Shown: in pieces, positions 58,388-64,000 of the stretch | Position numbering within the stretch: position 1 is the stretch's first letter | How the letters are laid out: every line of letters begins with the position of its first letter | Origin: Eledone cirrhosa | Taxonomy: Eukaryota | NCBI GenBank assembly: GCA_964016885.1 | Contig: OZ024742.1 | Location: 351,912,001-351,976,000 of the forward strand | Direction: 5' to 3' | Length of the DNA: 64,000 nucleotides | Translations under genes and position numbers: made by a program | The notes under the pieces: generated by a model | Databases searched by the model: none | What the model was told of the DNA's origin: nothing | What the model saw: the letters and a program-made list of their open reading frames with translations, nothing else

Positions 58388-58471
<84 letters not shown>

Positions 58472-58614
58472 CATGCTCATATAGGGAGTCAAAATGTTTC
58501 ATAACGTTTCAGGGCCCACTATTGACCCTAATATGTACATTAGCCAGTTGTTTCGGGTCGTAGACAGAGTTTAAAAAATTGGTGAATACATTGTTTGAAT
58601 ATAGTTATTTTTTA

Positions 58615-58680
58615 TTTGATATAGAAATGCATTCTGCAGTACAAGAAACCTTTCATTCCTATAAAATCATCAGTAATGTT
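58615..58680 (-). mobile_element. Degenerate family B HHR copy
   Basis: Minus strand CTGATGA-T-TTT-ATAG-GAA-T-GAAA-GGTTTCTTGTACTGCAGAA. Confidence 0.55.
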
Positions 58681-59228
58681 TGATAAGGTCGTAAGGCCAC
58701 CGTAATGACATGTTACTCATGGCAGAACTGTCTTATTTCGCCTGCACAGGGAAATGGAATGGGCGTAAACGATAGGGAAGGCGAATGAAGGGGGATAGGA
58801 GAAGATTCCAACCAAATGACTGAGCTGGCTGTCTTTAAGACAAGTATCACGTTTGTTAATGTAAAAATAGAGCAAACATTTAATACAGATACGCTCAAAT
58901 TCGACAGATTGATTTCATAGCTCTTTTCTTTCGTTTGCATCCACAGTTTATCTATATATATATACACATTCACACGCAAACAAACAAACATATACACATA
59001 ATACTTACATCTCTTCCTGCTATATCAAGCGTTAACCTAATATATCCCTTCCATATGCTGTACCGTTTGCGTTGTTATATCTGTTTACCTTTTACATACA
59101 TAAATAATACATCTATGTATATATAGTTTTTTAACTATTGAGCGCTTGCCAGCATTTCTACGATTTTGAGTTTTGTTTCGCTTTTTCTACCAGCCGAAAT
59201 ACGAGTCCCGCTGAATTATATTTGTATA

Positions 59229-59263
<35 letters not shown>

Positions 59264-59335
59264 ATTAATTTTAATTGTATATTAATTTTGATTTATTTTG
59301 AAAAATTGGTTGAATTTTACTTGTTCTGCTTATCT

Positions 59336-59395
<60 letters not shown>

Positions 59396-59574
59396 CATAT
59401 ATTTGTATATAATTTAAATATGTATATATATATATATATACATTGTATATATTTATATATTATATATATATATATGTATACATATATATAATGAACATAT
59501 ATGTATGTATTTGTATTTATTTATAAATTGTACACATTTATATATATATATATATATATATATACGTAAGTATG

Positions 59575-59810
59575 TTTTGAATCAGTGAGCGAGTTTGAAG
59601 TTAGAAATATGAGCTTTCACCGTATTTTTGACTAAAGAAATTGTTAGCCTAGCCTGATAGTGGTGTTTAGTACCCTCAGAGAAATGGAAAAAGATGAGTA
59701 TTGACCAATACTCATCTTTTTTCCATTTCTCTGAGGATTCTAAACCCCACTATCAGGCTAACAATGTCTTTAGTTACAAAAACGGTGAAAGGTTATATTT
59801 CTAAATTATC
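59575..59810. mobile_element. Family E fold-back element
   Basis: Arms centred at 59704-59705 (GAGTATTG-AC-CAATACTC). Confidence 0.8.
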
Positions 59811-60847
<1,037 letters not shown>

Positions 60848-61469
60848 CATATATATATGAAAACAGGGAGAAAGAGACGATTATTATGAAGAAAAAAATA
60901 TGTTTTTCCTTTTTTGTCTCCCTCTCTCTTTTTTCTGGGTTAGAAAATGATTAAAACGAAATGTTTTACTTTGTGTGAAGTGTTAAGGTATTAGTTGATT
61001 TTTTTTATTATTTAACAATGGCATTTATTTATTAATTTATATATTTAATAATTGTCTATTACCGGCATTTTTATGCATTATCAAATGATAGTGAAATGTA
61101 TTAGTGTGGTGCCGCACATGTTAAACAGAACGTGCAGAAAAAATAATGTTATTTACAAACAATTTTTATGAAGTGAAAAGAAAAAAAGAAAAAGAAAAAA
61201 AAAACGTGCATAATGTAGAGCATAACAAGTCAATGTGGAAAAAAAAATAATGTTATTTACAGGCATAGTTATTGAAGTTAAGCAGATCAAAATGTGTTAA
61301 TATCGCAAGAGTGTTTAGTTGATCCATGATTCCATGATGAAGGCAAATGGTGGACTTATATATATATATATATATAAATGTGTACAATTTATAAATATAT
61401 AGAAATACATACATATATGTTCATACGATGTATATGTATACATATATATATAATATATAAATATATAGT

Positions 61470-61521
61470 GTACTCTGGTGCGGTATGGTCCATCTGGTCC
61501 CTTACCACAACTCCTCCGTTA
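61470..61521 (+). mobile_element. Family A 3' tail only
   Basis: GTACTCTGGTGCGGTATGGTCCATCTGGTCCCTTACCACAACTCCTCCGTT matches 2584-2634. Confidence 0.75.
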
Positions 61522-61547
61522 TATATATATATATATATATATATATT

Positions 61548-61768
61548 TACGCTATCGCCGTATTTTGTCTAAAGAAATGAAATAAATTATTTAGTCTGAT
61601 AGTGGGGTTAAGAACCCTCGGAGAAACTGAAAAAGATGAGTATTGATGTACGTCAATTTCTCCGAGGATTCTTAACCCCACTATCAGGCTAAATAATTTA
61701 TTTAATTTCTCTAGTCAAAATACGGCGATAGCTTACATTTCTAATAATTTCAAACACACTCGCTGTTA
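61548..61768. mobile_element. Family E fold-back element
   Basis: GCTATCGCCGTATTTTG..CTGATAGTGGGGTTAAGAACCCTCGGAGAAA and its reverse complement; tail on the right. Confidence 0.8.
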
Positions 61769-61999
61769 TATATATATAGGCGGAGAAAGAGAAATGGAAG
61801 ACTCTATCTGTAGAAGATTGCATAAAAAAGGGAAGGAAACCCTGGTTGATGATGATTATGTAAATGACATGGCACTCATTTAAATTTCTTCATATCCGCC
61901 CCATCAGTATCCTCTTTAATTGATCACTGCTAGACTTTGCAGACGTTTCACCACCTAATCGATATTTTGATATGCAGTGTTCATGTTTACGCGAAGAAA

Positions 62000-62220
62000 T
62001 ATATCAACATCATCTTCATCATCATCATGAACATCATCATCATCATCATCATCATCCCCATCATCATCATCATAACCATCAACATCACCATCATCATCAT
62101 CATCAACATCATCATCATCGCCATCATCAGCATGGTCATCATCATCATCACCATCATCATCATCATTATCATTGTCATCATCATCATCCCCATCGTCATC
62201 CTCATCTTCATCTTCATCAT
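62000..62220 (+). repeat. (CAT)n microsatellite
   Basis: Imperfect CAT run. Confidence 0.95.
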
Positions 62221-62357
62221 CTGTGGCATCAACATTGGCATGTTGATGCCACAGATGTTATCATTAATACCACCATCCCCAACATCACCAAACGTATCAA
62301 AATAGCAATAAGTGAAACACACAAGGAAGATACCACCAGCAGTAATATCATTAGAGA

Positions 62358-63968
62358 ACATCAACACCACCAACAATAACACCACCAACACCAACACCAA
62401 CAGCAATAACAACAACACCAACACCATCAACAACACCACCAACACCAACAACACCAACACCACCAACACCAACACCAATAACAACAACACAACCAACACC
62501 AACACCACCAACACCAACAACACCAATACCATCAACACCAACAATACCAACACCACCTACACCAACAACAACACCGCCAACACCAACAACACCAACACCA
62601 CCAACACCAACATCAACACCACCAACACCAACAACACCAACACCACCAACACCAACATCAACACCACCAACACCAACAACACCAACAACATCAACACCAA
62701 CAACAATAACACCAACACCAACACCATCAACACCAACAATACCAACACCACCAACACCAACAACAACGCCACCAACACCATCAACACCAACACCACCAAC
62801 ACCAACAAGAACACCACCAACACCAACAATACCAACACCATCAACACCAACACCAATAACAACAACACCAACACCATCAACACCAACAATAGCAACACCA
62901 CCAACACCACCAACACCACCAACACCAACACCACCAACACCAACACCAATAACAACAACACCAACACCATCAACACCAACAACACCAACACCACCACCAC
63001 CACCAACAACACCAATAACAACAACACCAACACCACCAACAACAACACCAAAACCAACACCGACAACACCTACAACAGCAACAACACCAACAACACCACC
63101 AACACCACCACCAACAACAACACCAGCAACACCACCAACACCACCACCACCAACAACACCACCAACACCAGCACCATCAACAACACCAACAACACCACCA
63201 ACACCACCACCACCAACAACACCAGCAACACCACCGATACCAACAACACCGACAACACCAACAACACCAACAACACCACCACCACCAACAACATCACCAC
63301 CACCAACTACACCACCAACACCGACAACACCACCACCACCGACAACATCACCACCACCAACTACACCACCAACACCGACAACACCACCACCACCAACAAC
63401 ATCACCACCACCAACAACACCACCACCACCAACAACACCACCACCACCAACATCACCACCACCGACAACATCACCACCACCACCACCAACTACACCACCA
63501 CCACCGACAACACCACCACCGCCAACAACACCAACAACACCACCACCACCAACAACATCACCACCACCAACTACACCACCACCACCAACAACATCACCAC
63601 CACCAACAACACCACCACCACCAACAACACCACCACCACCAACATCACCACCACCGACAACATCACCACCACCACCACCAACTACACCACCACCACCGAC
63701 AACACCACCACCACCAACAACACCAACAACACCACCACCACCAACAACACCACCACCACCAACTACACCACCACCACCGACAACACCACCACCACCAACA
63801 ACACCAACAACACCAACAACACCAACAACACCACCACCACCAACAACATCACCACCACCAACTACACCACCAAAACCGACAACAACATCACCACCACCAA
63901 CAACATCACCACCACCAACAACATCACCACCACCGACAACACCACCACCACCGACAACACCGACAACA
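62358..63968 (+). repeat. (CAC/CAA)n degenerate trinucleotide satellite with higher-order repeats
   Basis: About 1.6 kb almost only A/C; a ~189 nt block recurs (about 63345-63533 and 63534-63722). Confidence 0.9.
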
Positions 63969-64000
63969 TGGTATGAGAGGAGGAAATGAGAAGTAGATGA

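Larger units (their letters stand above)
57091..58390 (+). mobile_element. ORF-less HHR element: inverted 5' segment (57091-57452) plus a 518 nt tandem unit, about 1.8 copies
   Basis: TTACTAGATATT at 57451 and 57969; HHR cores at 57743 and 58261; inverted HHR at 57267-57346. Confidence 0.9.

Noticed and set aside
62312-63976. 554 aa Asn/Thr-rich ORF (mucin-like) and adjacent poly-His ORF
   Set aside because: A/C-only trinucleotide repeats rarely contain stops; there is no non-repetitive domain, signal peptide or splice evidence

Overview
AT-rich eukaryotic repeat-dense DNA, probably from an octopod cephalopod (inferred only from the SINE types and the extreme (TA)n/(CA)n load). I found no convincing host exon, and most listed ORFs are microsatellite artefacts. 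The window holds five 5'-truncated Penelope-like retroelements (PLEs): two Neptune-like, two Naiad-like and one endonuclease-only fragment. It also holds RTE and CR1-type LINE fragments, two tRNA-derived SINE families and a probable Helitron 3' end. The main unexplained structure is roughly 25-30 intact, variant or half hammerhead-ribozyme (HHR) motifs, found by eye. They sit in three settings: (i) PLE pseudo-LTRs, (ii) many short ORF-less fold-back (palindromic) insertions in (TA)n tracts, often centred on the ribozyme's own hairpins, and (iii) three ORF-less tandem arrays of 518, 536 and 615 nt units with one HHR or HHR-like motif per unit. The arrays are candidate retrozyme-like elements that could produce circular RNA and be mobilised by PLEs. 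Several HHRs carry recurrent non-canonical cores (U3-A8, U4C, CUGAUAG). All RNA folds and alignments were made by inspection, and catalytic activity is untested.
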